Shown here: one piece after another, positions 1-13,000 of the stretch
How the letters are laid out: every line of letters begins with the position of its first letter
How positions within the stretch are numbered: the first letter of the stretch is position 1
Assembly (NCBI GenBank): GCA_000934665.2
Contig: KZ538188.1
Span: 1 to 64,000, forward strand
DNA from: Catajapyx aquilonaris
Taxonomy: Eukaryota
Direction: 5' to 3'
Length of the DNA: 64,000 nucleotides
Notes under the pieces: model-generated
Database searches by the model: none
Seen by the model: the letters and a program-made list of their open reading frames with translations, nothing else
Told to the model about the DNA's origin: nothing
Program-made: the position numbers and the translations under genes

Positions 1-177
1 AATTTTCAAATTTTAGTGCGAGGATCGGGCCCCAATGAAAAGTTCCCAAATTGAATAAGGTGCTACAGTCTAACGAGCATGTTAGACGCTGATTTTTTGG
101 GGGATTTCACCTGTTTATTTATGCGGATTTTTTTCCCTACTATAAAAAATATGGGTACACTGCTCACATCATATGTA

Positions 178-321
178 CTATCGGGTTCAAATACTTTTGG
201 CCACTTTATCCTGGTATTGAAGCAACCCTTCGCACACGCACACACCTCCTTAACGTGGGGTCTGTGCGAAGGGTTGTTTCAAGGCCAGGATAAAGTGGCC
301 AAAACAATTTGAGCCCCATAG
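178..321. mobile_element. Palindromic MITE, TA|CTATCGG-type ends
   Basis: Imperfect hairpin CTATCGGGTTCAAA..TTTGAGCCCCATAG flanked by TA; its left half recurs at 6719-6815. Confidence 0.75.
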
Positions 322-1021
322 TACATCGACCTCATTAAATTTATTTTGCTGTTTTTCGCTTCCATATAACGTGTGCCAACATTAATATTCAGACTTTTTT
401 TTCTCCAAAAGATCATTAATTTTTCTCCCCCCTCACATGTCTGCAATATAATAATATATTGTGTGGGGAAAAAAATAACCTTCCGTGCCAGCGAGCGGAG
501 CAATATCTGCCTCAGAAGACAAACAATGTCGAGACGAATGTAAGGAGCAATCATAAGATGTTGATGGTTTCTGGAAGGAAAGAAAGGGTCGGAAATGACC
601 TGTGTGTGAGGAAGAAGCTGGAGGTTCTCTACCTCCCCCCCTAATAACATTAAGCTAGGGAGAGAGAAGAGAAGCTGCCGGAAGCAGAGAATTGATACTT
701 AGATCCCCTTTGGCAGGCGGGCCGTGGAATTTTGGTCGGATTCAGTTTTTTCCCGAGGGGAGAGAACCTTGGCGGCGACTAATCCCAGCCGCCATTGAAC
801 ATTGCATGCCGCGAATACCGCCGAGGATATACGCTCTCTCCCTGGCGGAAGACGAAAAAAAAAAGTCTTAAAAAGGAGGGGGGGACCCTGTACCCTTCCC
901 GAAAAAAAAAGAGAAGTAAGACTTGCCTTTGTTGCCTCTCCAACGAATCCAATTCGCTGAAAAGTGGGCTGGCTGGCTGTCTCTTCACGTACTTTCTTCT
1001 CCGCAAGAAAAAAAATGGGGG

Positions 1022-1072
1022 NNNNNNNNNNNNNNNNNNNNNNNNNNNNNNNNNNNNNNNNNNNNNNNNNNN
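1022..1072. other. Assembly gap (N run)
   Basis: 51 N, with G runs on both sides. Confidence 0.99.
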
Positions 1073-2348
1073 GGGTGGGGGGGGGAAGAAAGAAAGGAGA
1101 AGAAAAAAAAGTGCTCACTGGCACTTTAATTCGGGAAACTCTGATCACATTATCCGACCCCATGGATTCGGTTTCATCACCCCCACAGACCACTAAAGAC
1201 AGTGGGGGAAAAAAGAGTGTAGAGTCAAGTTCACACGGGCGTTGTTGGTCGTTCGGCATCCACCAAAATATGCCAGGGAGCGAAAATTCCTGAAAGGCCT
1301 TTAAACATAGCCCGCTTTAATTTTATTTAACCCGCGCTTTATTTTCAAACGTATTCTTTTTAGGGCTCATTTGGCCAGCGTTTGTTTTTTTCTCGGGCGT
1401 TCCTACAAATTTTGGGAGCTAATTTGAAAAGGCTGGGTAGTAGGCAGCAAGAGACTAAATCATGACTTAGTGACACAGTATCCGGATTCCCCGATGTTTA
1501 TAGGCTTAGCTCCAGAGCGGAAAAGGAGATTACTGCATATTTGATGCGATTTTCAGGAGTTGGTTTTGGTTGGGGTAGAGGGGGAGGGGGAGGGGGGGGG
1601 GGTTTGAATCTGCCAGGTGCAATGCGCAAGTGTCATTGAATAGCGAAACAATGCACGCTGGCTGGTATAGCCTTCCCTGCCACAGTATGCCCGATATTAA
1701 AGTCGGCCTCGTTATCATTAAAGGAGCGCAATCTGGATTGGAGCTGGGGAAAACGAGGCTACAAATTGAAGGTGTGTTGACTCATTCAAAAAAATAGCCT
1801 TGGATTAAATTAAATTGCCTGCTCTATCCGCATAGTCATCTTTTTACATATTATATACAGGTATGCGTCGATTCCGCTAACCGAGGCGTGATTGGCCACC
1901 TCATATGAGCAGCATGTGCCATCTACTGATTTTCTTACCAACTTGTTACAACGTGCATTGATGACTTGTTTAATACCCTACTGTGATGGCTATTTCTCTC
2001 GCTATGTACGGCCTACGGCATTGGAAGTGATGTCATAATTTAGCCCGCGTGTCCTATACTTGCAATAAACTTTTGTTTTTTGGAAATAGTGCCCAGGGAA
2101 TTTACAAAACGCAAAGAAACGCCGCCTTTAAAAAACCAACCACCACGGAGTTCCCATAAACGCCGTTCCGGCCGCGGGCGCTACCTCCGCACCGTCTTAC
2201 TTCGGTACTTCGCCGTCGGATGTCGCTGCCTGATCCGCGTCTCTCTCCCTCTTTACTTTCACAATTTTGCCAAAGAAATTGCCAATTTTTTTACAAGTTG
2301 GTGCCTATAGTTAATATATTATGTGACCACCACCATTTATGTTTCCAG

Positions 2349-3282
2349 GGGCAGAATGCAACTTGCCGCCGTCTTTCCAAAAGGACATGAGCAACCACGT
2401 GATATCGGAGAACACCCCAGTGGGCCAAGAGGTGTACCGGCTGGAAGGTACCGATCCGGAAGGTTCACCAGTGCGGTACGGACTCAGAGGAACAGACAAG
2501 CTGGTTGTCGACAGGTTCACTGGAGCTGTCACAGTCTCCAAAGCTATCGACAGAGAGGTACGTATATACCAATGGCACTAGTTGCCTCGGTCCAATTTTT
2601 TCCGCCTCTAAATTACACTCGTAAAAAATAAAGCGGAATCAGATTAGCACCGGCTTATGCACACATAGATGAGCGTATTAAGTCTGAGATTAGTGGCTCC
2701 CTCTTATCGACTTGGTCAGCATGGTAGTGCTGGAAGGGCTGCAGCTACAAAATGGAAACTGGTGGCGACGGGCAGCACAAAATGATTAAAGATGCAAAAG
2801 AGGATTAGTTCTCCCAGAGAAAGTTTGGGGGGGCCGCAGTCTAGAAGCATTAGGTCCCCCCCATCTAGAAAATCCTACTTTTTTTTGGAGAAGGTTTTTC
2901 CTCTCTATCTCCGGGAACGTTACAGAGGACGCTTTTCTTCTCCTGGCTCTTCACCGATGAAGTGGAATCAATAAGCGAAGACGCGTTTCATGAGATCGTG
3001 GAAGGAAGAAGAAGAAGAAGGGCGGACCTTACAAAGCACACCTCGCAATTTTATAGGAAAAGTATTTGGAAAGAGTCCGCTTTTTTTCTCTTTCGGAGTG
3101 TTGGTGCATAAAAAGGCTGGAGTGCTCGGGCCTTGCTTATTGCTACTACTGTAAGGGAAGGATCAACCCACTTCAAGGGAGATGCAGCCCCTTATTGGTT
3201 CTTGGGGGGGAGTCTCATTATTATTCCAGTGCTGGAGGTAATTTCTGGTGGAATATGCAAAAGATCCCCTGAAAGTCAACTG

Positions 3283-3319
<37 letters not shown>

Positions 3320-3958
3320 GAAATGTGTGGTAGCAAAATATTTGGTTTGGACTTATCGCACACCCTGTACTTTAAACGAAGACCAGAGCATCCAAGATGA
3401 TTGATGAGACTTCACCAGTCTCCTGGAAGCCCATCTGGAGCCACCTACTGCCCCTGGAGGGTACATGGCTCCGGACAACCGAGGAAACAAAACCCGCCTT
3501 GCAAGTGACACGACTATAGCCATCGCCTCCAATTTATATCACACCCTCCCCCTAAAAAAAATAAAAATGGAGCAGCAGTAAATTGAACCTGAGCTGAGAA
3601 GCAACATCAATCAGCACGCCATCATGTGTGGCGCAAATTGGTTCCTTGGAGAGAGAGAGAAAAAAATCTTATTATTATAATTAGAGAACTTGGCTTTAAA
3701 GACTATTTTAGATATAGTGCGATAGGAGGAATGAAATGCTGCGGGGGGTGCTCTGGGAAGCATTCCACCGGCTTTAATAAACTAGATATAATTTTCTGGC
3801 TGGCTTAATTCCATCTAGCTGCTACCCCGGGCTTTTCGCACAGGCCTCGGACTGTCTTCTTCATTCCCTCGGAACAAGTGTTCCTTTCCGAAGCCAAATT
3901 AACAGCCTGCGAGATTTAATAAACTTGGCGTCCAGGCCACACCCTCAGCCCTCTAATT

Positions 3959-4010
<52 letters not shown>

Positions 4011-7000
4011 CACACACACAACTACTATCCCTGCAGCTCTTTCAATTTTTCACTCATTGGACTATACTCGCAAGAAAACGGAAGATGTTTCATATACGAT
4101 ATGGGTGATTCTCCAAAAACTTAACATTTTCAAAGCAATCAATGAATTTCAAAAATTGTTTTAAAAATGACAGTTCACACTTATATTGTACATGAGGTCA
4201 CAAACAAGACTCTCATAACACTAGTAGTTCACTCTTAACCATTTACCTTCTCTAGAAAGGGTAAGAAAGGGGCCATTTTTTTACCTTACATTGTAGGGTA
4301 AATATTCTTGGGTAAATTGATTCTAATGTAAATTTTGCATGTATTACCTTAGAAAATAGAGGGTAAGAAAGTGCCTCTTTTTTACCCTCTATTTTCTAAG
4401 GTAATACATGCAAAATTTACCTTTGAATCAATTTACCCAAGAATATTTACCAGCTACAATGTAAGGTAAAAAATTGCCACTTTCTTACCCTCTCTAGAGA
4501 AGGTAAATGTTGATGATGGTCAAATTTTTTTAAGTAACATCTTGTTCAAGAGCGATAATTTTTGTTAAAATATTAATATTAATAATTAATAATTTAACAT
4601 CCAAGGGAATAACATGAAAACTGAGGGACACGCTTTGGAGTAAAGGCAGAAAGGTCTTTGGTGTCTCATGTGCGGCAATTGCGGAACAGATTTCTTTTTT
4701 ATTTATCAATCACAGTGCATTTACGCGTACTTATTTATATTTATACAGTGCAGTGGTGGGAACAACAGTAATTTTTATCAACAAATAATAAATTGGTCCT
4801 TCAATATTTAAAGCAATGTGGACATGTCAGCTACATATTGTTTTACACCAGAATAAGCCATGTTCAATAATTTATGGTCTGACTTGGCTAATGATCTCGC
4901 CAGTATAAGTTTGCCAGTAGCATTATGACACACCTTGTACCATCTTGAGCCGGATTATGTTGCGTCGGGGGGTTTTACGAAGGCGGCTTCTTGAATTTAT
5001 AAACATGGCTGGATTGCATCAGGGGGGAGAGGAAGAGGGGCACTTGGGGTCGTCGGAGAGGCATGAGGGACAACAATGGATAATAGTCGGATGAGAGTGG
5101 CTCTTGGCATGCCCCCTTGGAAAGGGAGGGGGACCTTAATGAAGATGTTGTACTCTTGTAACTCGATGCCGGCTTTTCCTCCTGCTGGTGTAATTTAATA
5201 ATAATGCGTTTACCAGAACTTATACTTGGGGCCAAACGTACCCAGCAGCCAAGGCAGGAGGGGGCTCTCTTAATTATTGCAGAGCAGTGTCGATTAAGCT
5301 GCTTGTTTTACACGCTGACTCGGTGCTGGACTAATTTGCAACGAAATGCAACTCGGTGCTCTGTAGATGAATACGAGCGCAACCGAGTGCACGCACCACA
5401 GTTTGCGCAACTTGCAGTGTTAGGATTATCAATGATATCTGCACTTATTTCCAACGCTACGCTTGGGGGGAACTAAATGGCCAGCGTTTGCGACGTTACC
5501 AAGATTCTGGAACGAACCTCAGAGGCTACGATGCTCCTTGGAAGTAACTCTGGCAACGTTGTCAGAACAGCTGCGCGAGTGTGGGTGCGCACTCGGTTGT
5601 CCGCGTTAAAAAAATCATCGTTTTATAGAAAAGACTAGGAAAACTCTCGCAAACCACTCGCTTCGCTCGCTCTTTTCTAGGCCTACGGCCTGGGGTACCT
5701 ATTCGGCGCACCATATCGCCGGGGAATGGACAGTTTCCCCGGCAACCCAACAGGAGTTGTTTACACCAAATTGCGCATGAGTAGAACGCGGGCCAATGGG
5801 GAGGTGGCGGTAACAATATGCGGCGGACCAATCAGAGGGCCCGGCCAACTCCCGCAAGGATTTTAATATTATAGATTACATACGTAATTTTCGTAGAGAT
5901 ACCTTATTTATACAGGTTACAAGTAGGGAAGAAGACACATTTTATTATAGGTTCATGGAACTTGTTTTTTGGTGATTTTTTTTTTTTTTTGCGTCCGACA
6001 TAGCTCCAGGCATTTTCCAGGCGGAAAAATGAGGCCATGCAAATTTGGGTTCCACCATCGCCTCCTGGGTTTGAAGCCTTCCGGAGAGAGAAAGAGAGAG
6101 GAAAAAAAAAAAATTGCGAGCCAAACATCGCACATTATTTAAATCTGTCAACCCTGCTTTCCCAAAATTAAACCCCGCTCGCTAAGTAAGTGAAATCGTC
6201 GTCTTTCTTTTCCCTTGAATTAAGACGTATATATTTTTATGGGAGTCGGAAAGAAAAAAACAACTTGCAAATATGAACTCTTCACTTGAGAGCTTGACTC
6301 TTCTTAATGAACCCGCTGAAACATTAAGAGCGCAAAGAGAAGGCAGGCGTTAATTAAGAACAGCCCCGGCTCTGTAATATGCTAATTACACTCTTCCTCA
6401 GGGGGGCGGAACTTGGTGGTGTACTAGTTTAGGCCATAATCTTCAACCTCTGAGGTCACCAGTTCGATCCTCGAGGATGGGTTCGTATTATTCGCTATAG
6501 GGTTCTCCCATAAACAAAGTACCGTCAATTGGGGTGAGATTGTGCCAGCTCTTTTTTTTTTAAACAAGTGCACCCTAGCGCGAATTTTACTCATCATTGC
6601 CATCCCTCTGTGTAGTGAAACATGCCTTAATTAGCTAGTTTACACCTGCTGCCACTGTTGTTCAAAAATCCGCTGGCACAATCTCACCCCATCCGTCACA
6701 ATCTCACCCCCAATTGTACTATCGGGTTCAAATACTTTTGGCCACTTTATCCTGGTCTTGAAGCAACCCTTCACACACACACGCCTCCTTATAACGTGAG
6801 GTCTGTGAGAAGGGCTCGACTGATCTTTACTACACGACGAAGTGGCGGGAAACGAACGTTATTGTGGCTTTTCTACTGACTCCAGCCGCGTACACTCTAA
6901 GAAATGTCCGGGTTAAATGTATTTATCCCGGAAAAAAGATCACTTTTGTCATGGCTATTTAACCCTGACATTTCTTAGAGTGTATACACTCTAACAAATG

Positions 7001-10000
7001 TCCGGGTTAAATAACCATGACTAAAAATGTCCGGGTTAAATAACCATGACTAAGAAATGTCCGGGTTAAATAACCATGACTAAGAAATGTCCGGGTTAAA
7101 TAACCATGACTAAGAAATGTCCGGGTTAAATAACCATGACAAGTGATCTTTTTTCCGGGATAAATACATTTAACCAGGACATTTCTTAGAGTGTAACGTG
7201 GGGTCTGTGCAAAGGGCTCGGCTGATCTTTACTACACGACGAAGTGGCGGGAAACGAACGTTATTGTGGCTTTGCTGCTGACTCCAGCCGCGTAGTCTTC
7301 CGTAAATTTTAATTAACCTTACACCATTCTACTTTCTGATTCCTCGTGAAGGAACAAGAGACAATCCGGCTGGTGGTGACCTTAGAGGACGAGGTCGGAG
7401 GAGGTCAAGAGAACAACCTGGTTGCCCTTCCCATCTCAGTGATCGTGCTGGACGAGAACGACAATCCTCCAGTGTTCCAGCAGGTGACATACGAGACTCT
7501 GGTGTCAGAGAACACCCCGATTGGGACAGCCATAATCAGCGACATACTGGTGACCGATGCTGACCTGGTCGGGGAGATTCTAGAGGTCAGATGCAGCTCG
7601 GCAGTGCTTCTTCCGGATGCATGTGACAAGTTTGAGATCCGGGCTAAGGAGGCCACTCCGGAGAGGTACGCAGCGGTACTGGTCCTCAGGCAGCCTCTGG
7701 TTTACTCTGAAAGGCAACTCTACCAGGTCAACCTCACAGCGATGGTAAGAGGGTCAAATCTGGGGGGCGTACTGTATACACGGGAACATTTAAACCTTTT
7801 TTTTTCCAACAATTTTTTCCCGCAGGACGGCGAGCACAATACGTCAGTGTCTGTTGTGATAAAAGTGGGTGACGTCCAGAATACCCCTCCGGTGTTTTCT
7901 GGGTCCCTGACTGGAGTGGTGAACGAGGATGACCCCATAGGGACACTAGTGATGCAAATCAAGGCTTGGGACGGAGACAGGGGCAATCCCAGGAGGGTCA
8001 TTTACGAGCTGGTCACAAGTGAGTTAAAAATAAAAAATAAAAAACTCTCTGTCTTTCTATAGACTTTTTTTTCACTAAAAGTTTGTTTGTTTGTTTCAGA
8101 TCCAAACGACTACTTCTTACTGGATCCTGAGACCGGAGAGCTTAGGACAGCCAAACCTTTGGACAGAGAAGGTCTTGGTGATGCCACTGGAGTGCTCACA
8201 CTTACTGTGCGGGTAAGTTGGGTTTGGTGTCTATTATATTGCTAACATATAGGGCCTATTGCTGCTATAGAGTATAACTATAAACATTTAGGCTATATAG
8301 ACTACTAGCAAGCAAACTTTGCCTTTATACAATGGGTATAAAATTGGTATGAAATGGGTTTGACATGGGCATACAATGGGTATAAAATCGTCAAGAAATT
8401 GGTATTCCTATCAAATTGGTATAAAACTATTGCAATGGGTATGAAAATTGGCATGAAATTGATATTAAATTGTCATGAAATAATTGTATCACATCAGTGT
8501 ATAACTATCATGAAAATAGGGTTTAAATGAGTATAATACGGATATAAAATTTGCATAAATGGGTATGAAATTGGCATGAAATGAACAAACAAACTGTTCC
8601 TTTTTATTATAATAGAGATATTATATTGCTATAATACATTTTCAGGCACGTGAGTTGGTCAATGGCACACCGGGTGATGACCCGTTGACTACCACAACAG
8701 CGTATGTGACTGTGACCATCCGGGATGTGAACGATGAGGCGCCCAAGTTCAACCAGAAGGAATACATGGCTGAGATAACGGAGAACATACCTGATGGGAC
8801 ACCTCTTCCAAACCTGGACATATTCGTGGAGGACACCGACATGGGGTCCAACTCTGTGTTTGGTCTGAGGCTGGAGGATGATTCGGGGATATTCAGCGTG
8901 GAGCCTGAAGTGGCGACTGGATCCACGTCGGTCAGCATCAGGGTGGCACATGGACCATTGGATTATGAGAACCCGAACCAGAGGAAGTTCATACTGCTGG
9001 TTGTGGCTGAGGAAACTGAAACTAACCCAAAGTTGTCCTCGACTGCGACTGTGACTGTGACTGTGTCAGATGCCAACGACAATGCACCGGTGTTCTCTCA
9101 GGAGGCATATTCAGCATCGGTGCCTGAGACTGCCTCATGGGGAACGCTGGTCACAACAGTGGTGGCTAGGGACAGGGACACAGGGTCATTCGGAGAGACC
9201 GGAGTGACCTATGAGTTGTTTGGAAATGGAGCGGACAGGTTTGCACTCAACCCGGTCACCGGAGTCATCACTGTTGCAGACTGCGATGGATCACCTGGAG
9301 TCACACCATGCCTAGATTACGAGGCACGCAACACATACTTCCTGTCATACAAGGCAACAGATGACAATGGAAATGGTCACAGCACTGTGGTACCCCTCAA
9401 GATAATGCTGATCGACAGCAATGACAATCCGCCTGAATTCTCAGAAAGGATGTACCGCACTGTTATAGACGAGGGAACATCTCAGTTTGAGTCGCCTCTT
9501 GTTGTGCACGTAAGGATCTTTTTTTGGCTTGTATGGTCATTAATTTTAGTGTGCAATGTGTAATTGATATGTACCACACTTCAGGCCAAGGATGCTGATG
9601 AAACTTCAGACATCACCTACACAATGGTTGGTGGTAACCAGCAGGAGCTGTTCTCAATAGACATGACCTCGGGGGAGATTACTGTCAATAGCGAGGAAGG
9701 ACTAAATGTCAGCAGTGCGTCTTCCAGGTCATTCACTCTCACCATCCAGGTACGTTTAGTATCACCATAGTTGGTGTAACATTAGACTAAACCCTTACTT
9801 CCATTCCAGGCACATGATGGTATTTTTAGCGATGTGGCCACAGTTCGCATTGGTGTGAGGGACATCAACAATCATCATCCCGAGTTTGACAAAGACAGCT
9901 ACGTGGCCACAATTCAGGAAGGAGCTCCGTTAGGCATGGCCGTCGAGCAGGTGTCGGCATGGGACAGCGACTTGGATGAAAATGCACGGATCAAGTACAG

Positions 10001-13000
10001 GATACAGAAGGGGGCACATGACGACTTCGCAGTGGATGAAAACACCGGAGTGGTGTCAGTGTCTGGTCAGCTGGATTACGACAAGAGGAGTGAGTACAAG
10101 GTGCAGCTGGTGGCAGTGGATGGAGGGATTCCTGCCATGACAGGCACTACCACTCTGACTGTCAGCGTGCTCAACGTTAACGACAAGACACCATACTTCA
10201 CTCCTTCCACGCAGAAAGCTCAGGTAAGCGTGACCCATGTTTTTGATTGAACTGCAAATTAATTCAATGCATTTTGAAGGTCTCGGAGGATGCGGAGGTT
10301 GGTGAAATATTTTACACCCTGGAAGCGGAAGATCCAGATGCGCAGGGAAATTTCTCTCTGCAGTTTGCCATAGTTGAGCCCATCACTGCAATCGCTAAAG
10401 ATGGGAAGGAGGTTACGGACAATGCCAGCTTCAAGGTGTGGATTTGAATTATACTGTCGTACCGCATTGGTGTTACTTTGAGCTTGTTTATTTGCAGGAC
10501 TTTTTCAAAGTGGAGGGCAACACTGGAATGGTGTCGGTGGCAACAGGGCTAATACGGGAGGTGGCTGCTATCGTTAGACTGACAGTGTCTGTGACGGATT
10601 CTAGTGCAGTTCCGCCACAGGAAGGGAAAGGTACGTAACATTTTAATTGTTGCCTGCTGCGTATTTCAATCGAGTGATTCTTGCAGGGATGTTGGTGGTT
10701 ACGATCATTGATGTGAATGACTTCCCTCCTCGATTTGCTCCACCGTGGAGTCTGGAAGAGCCTTTCATCCAGTTTGAAGTGCTGGAGGAGCAACCGGTGG
10801 GAACAATAGTTGCCACCCTGGAGGCCACTGATGAGGACTCGACAATTGCAGCCTACATGATTGACCCTGAAAACGAATACTTCTCAGTAGACAATGTGAC
10901 AGGTGTTGTTAGGACCAAGAGCAGGATAGACTTCGAGGAACATGAGGAGCTCAACTTTGTGGTGATTGCTTTCGATTCAGGGATCCCACAGCTCTCGGCG
11001 ATGGCCAATGTCACTGCCAAAATCGTCAACGTCAATGATGTAGACCCGGTATTTTCTGAGGTGAATAATTTTTTGTGATTATTAATAGGCAGCATGTTTA
11101 ACCCCCTTTTTAAAATATTCCAGCCAATTTATCAGGCATCGGTGTTGGAAAACGCACCAGCCGGAACTCCAGTGGTGACAGTTCATGCAACTGATGGTGA
11201 CAAAGGAAGATTTGGAATGGTTCACTATGTCTTATTGGGTGAGTCTGCTTATGGAATTTTGCAATATGTGTGTCTGCAATATTTTCCTGTTTTATATTCC
11301 AGGCGAACAAAGTGAAAATTTTGGGATAGACAGCGAAGGTACAATCACTGTGAGCAACCCAGCTGCTCTTGACCGAGAAAAAGTTCCAGAACTTGTGATT
11401 CAACTGGCTGCATTTGACGGAGCTCCGAAAGACTCCCAACGCTCTACGACTGTCCCAGTACATGTCCATTTGGACGATGTGAACGACAACGCTCCCAAGT
11501 TCTCCAAGAAAGAGTACAGGGTATCCATAGTGGAGAACATTCCTCTGAAGCCACCGTCCCCGATCCAGCAAGTGGTGGTGACCGATGATGATCTTGGAGA
11601 AAACGCAAGGGTTCGATATTCGATCGTTGCTGGAAATGAGGATGGTGAGTAAATTGGCAATGTGTAAATGTATTAATCTGCTAATATTAATTTCTGCACA
11701 GGTGCGTTCACTATTGACCCCAAAAGCGGCATAATATACCCAGCTCGGTCTCTGAAGGGCAAGTCGAGGTTGTTCCACCTGAAGGTGGATGCCAGGGACG
11801 GAAACGGGACGGGTCTCCACCATGACCAAGCCACAGTCACTGTGACTGTCCAAGATGTGAACCTTCACAAGCCTAACTTTGTCATGCCTGCACTCACCAA
11901 CGCAACCGTTGAAGTTCCAGAGGTCAGTGCAATTATTTACAACAATGCCGGACAGTGTGACAATGTTGAAATTTCTGCAGAACGCTGGAATGGCAAACTA
12001 CTTGGTGATGACAGTCAAGGCCCATGACCTGGACTCTGGTGACAACGGCCGTGTGACATACCACCTGAAGAAGGGCAACGAAGCAAATATACAATCAACG
12101 GAGGAATTTTCAGTGGATCCCGAGAGCGGGGAGCTTCGAACCAGGATCATCCTTGACCGGGAAGTGCGGTCCAAGTATGAGCTGGTACTGGTGGCTCGAG
12201 ATCATGGCAGTCCTGTGTCATACGAGACCCTTCGGTTCCTCACCATCCTTTTGGTGGACACGGACGACAACAGGCCCGAGTTTCCAAGAGGCGGCGGATA
12301 CAGGTTTTCAATCAAGGAGAACCAAAGATCTGGAATGGCTGTGGGAAGGGTGGAAGCCACGGACAAGGATGAAGGAAAGCACGCCAGGGTCTTCTACCAT
12401 CTCATCTCTGGAATTGGCGGAGGCTGGGGAGCTGCTGCAGGGAGATTTGTGATCGACAAAACACATGGAACCCTCTATGCAAATGCTACTTTCGACAGGG
12501 AATTCAGAGACCAGTATGATCTCTACGCTAAGGCAACCAACAATCCTAATTATAGCATCGAAAAGGTAGTTGCAGGGTTTTATTTTATTTTTTTGCAGAT
12601 TACCAACTACAATGGCATCACTTTAAGGCAATGCAAATTTTAAATCTTGCAGGCGAAGAAAGAGTATGCTTCAGTAGCAGACATGCAGGAAGATCCGAGT
12701 GTAGCTCACATTCATGTGTCCGTTTTGGACGAAAATGACAACCCGCCAATATTTGAGCAAGAGGAATACTATGCAGGTAGTACTAATTTGTTCAAATAGT
12801 ACGGTACCGGTATACACTCCACATTCAAGATTTGATACGCATTGACACGTAATAGAAAGTGAGCCCGAGTCATGCCCTATATCATTGCGACTACATCTTG
12901 AGTGTCTCTAATGTAACGGCACCTCTTTCCAGGTTAAGAAAATGTGTTTCTTTCTTGTAACGAGTAGTACAAGTAATAGTGCGAGTAACGAGCTGTAACG

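Noticed and set aside
699..1293. ORFs of 68-186 aa spanning the N gap, or a candidate first cadherin exon
   Set aside because: Low-complexity A/G-rich sequence read through Ns; no signal-peptide exon with a phase-1 donor found
1570..1602. G-rich tract with G-quadruplex potential (also the G runs flanking the gap)
   Set aside because: Simple low-complexity run with no evidence of function
6404..6485. Possible tRNA gene (GTTCGATCC B-box-like motif)
   Set aside because: No convincing cloverleaf or acceptor stem; at most a decayed SINE head
6987..7140. 30-bp repeats resembling a CRISPR array
   Set aside because: Head-to-tail tandem units with no spacers, inside a MITE in eukaryotic intron DNA; no cas genes
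11110..11868. 252-aa minus-strand ORF within the cadherin
   Set aside because: Antisense to cadherin exons and crossing introns; no recognisable protein features
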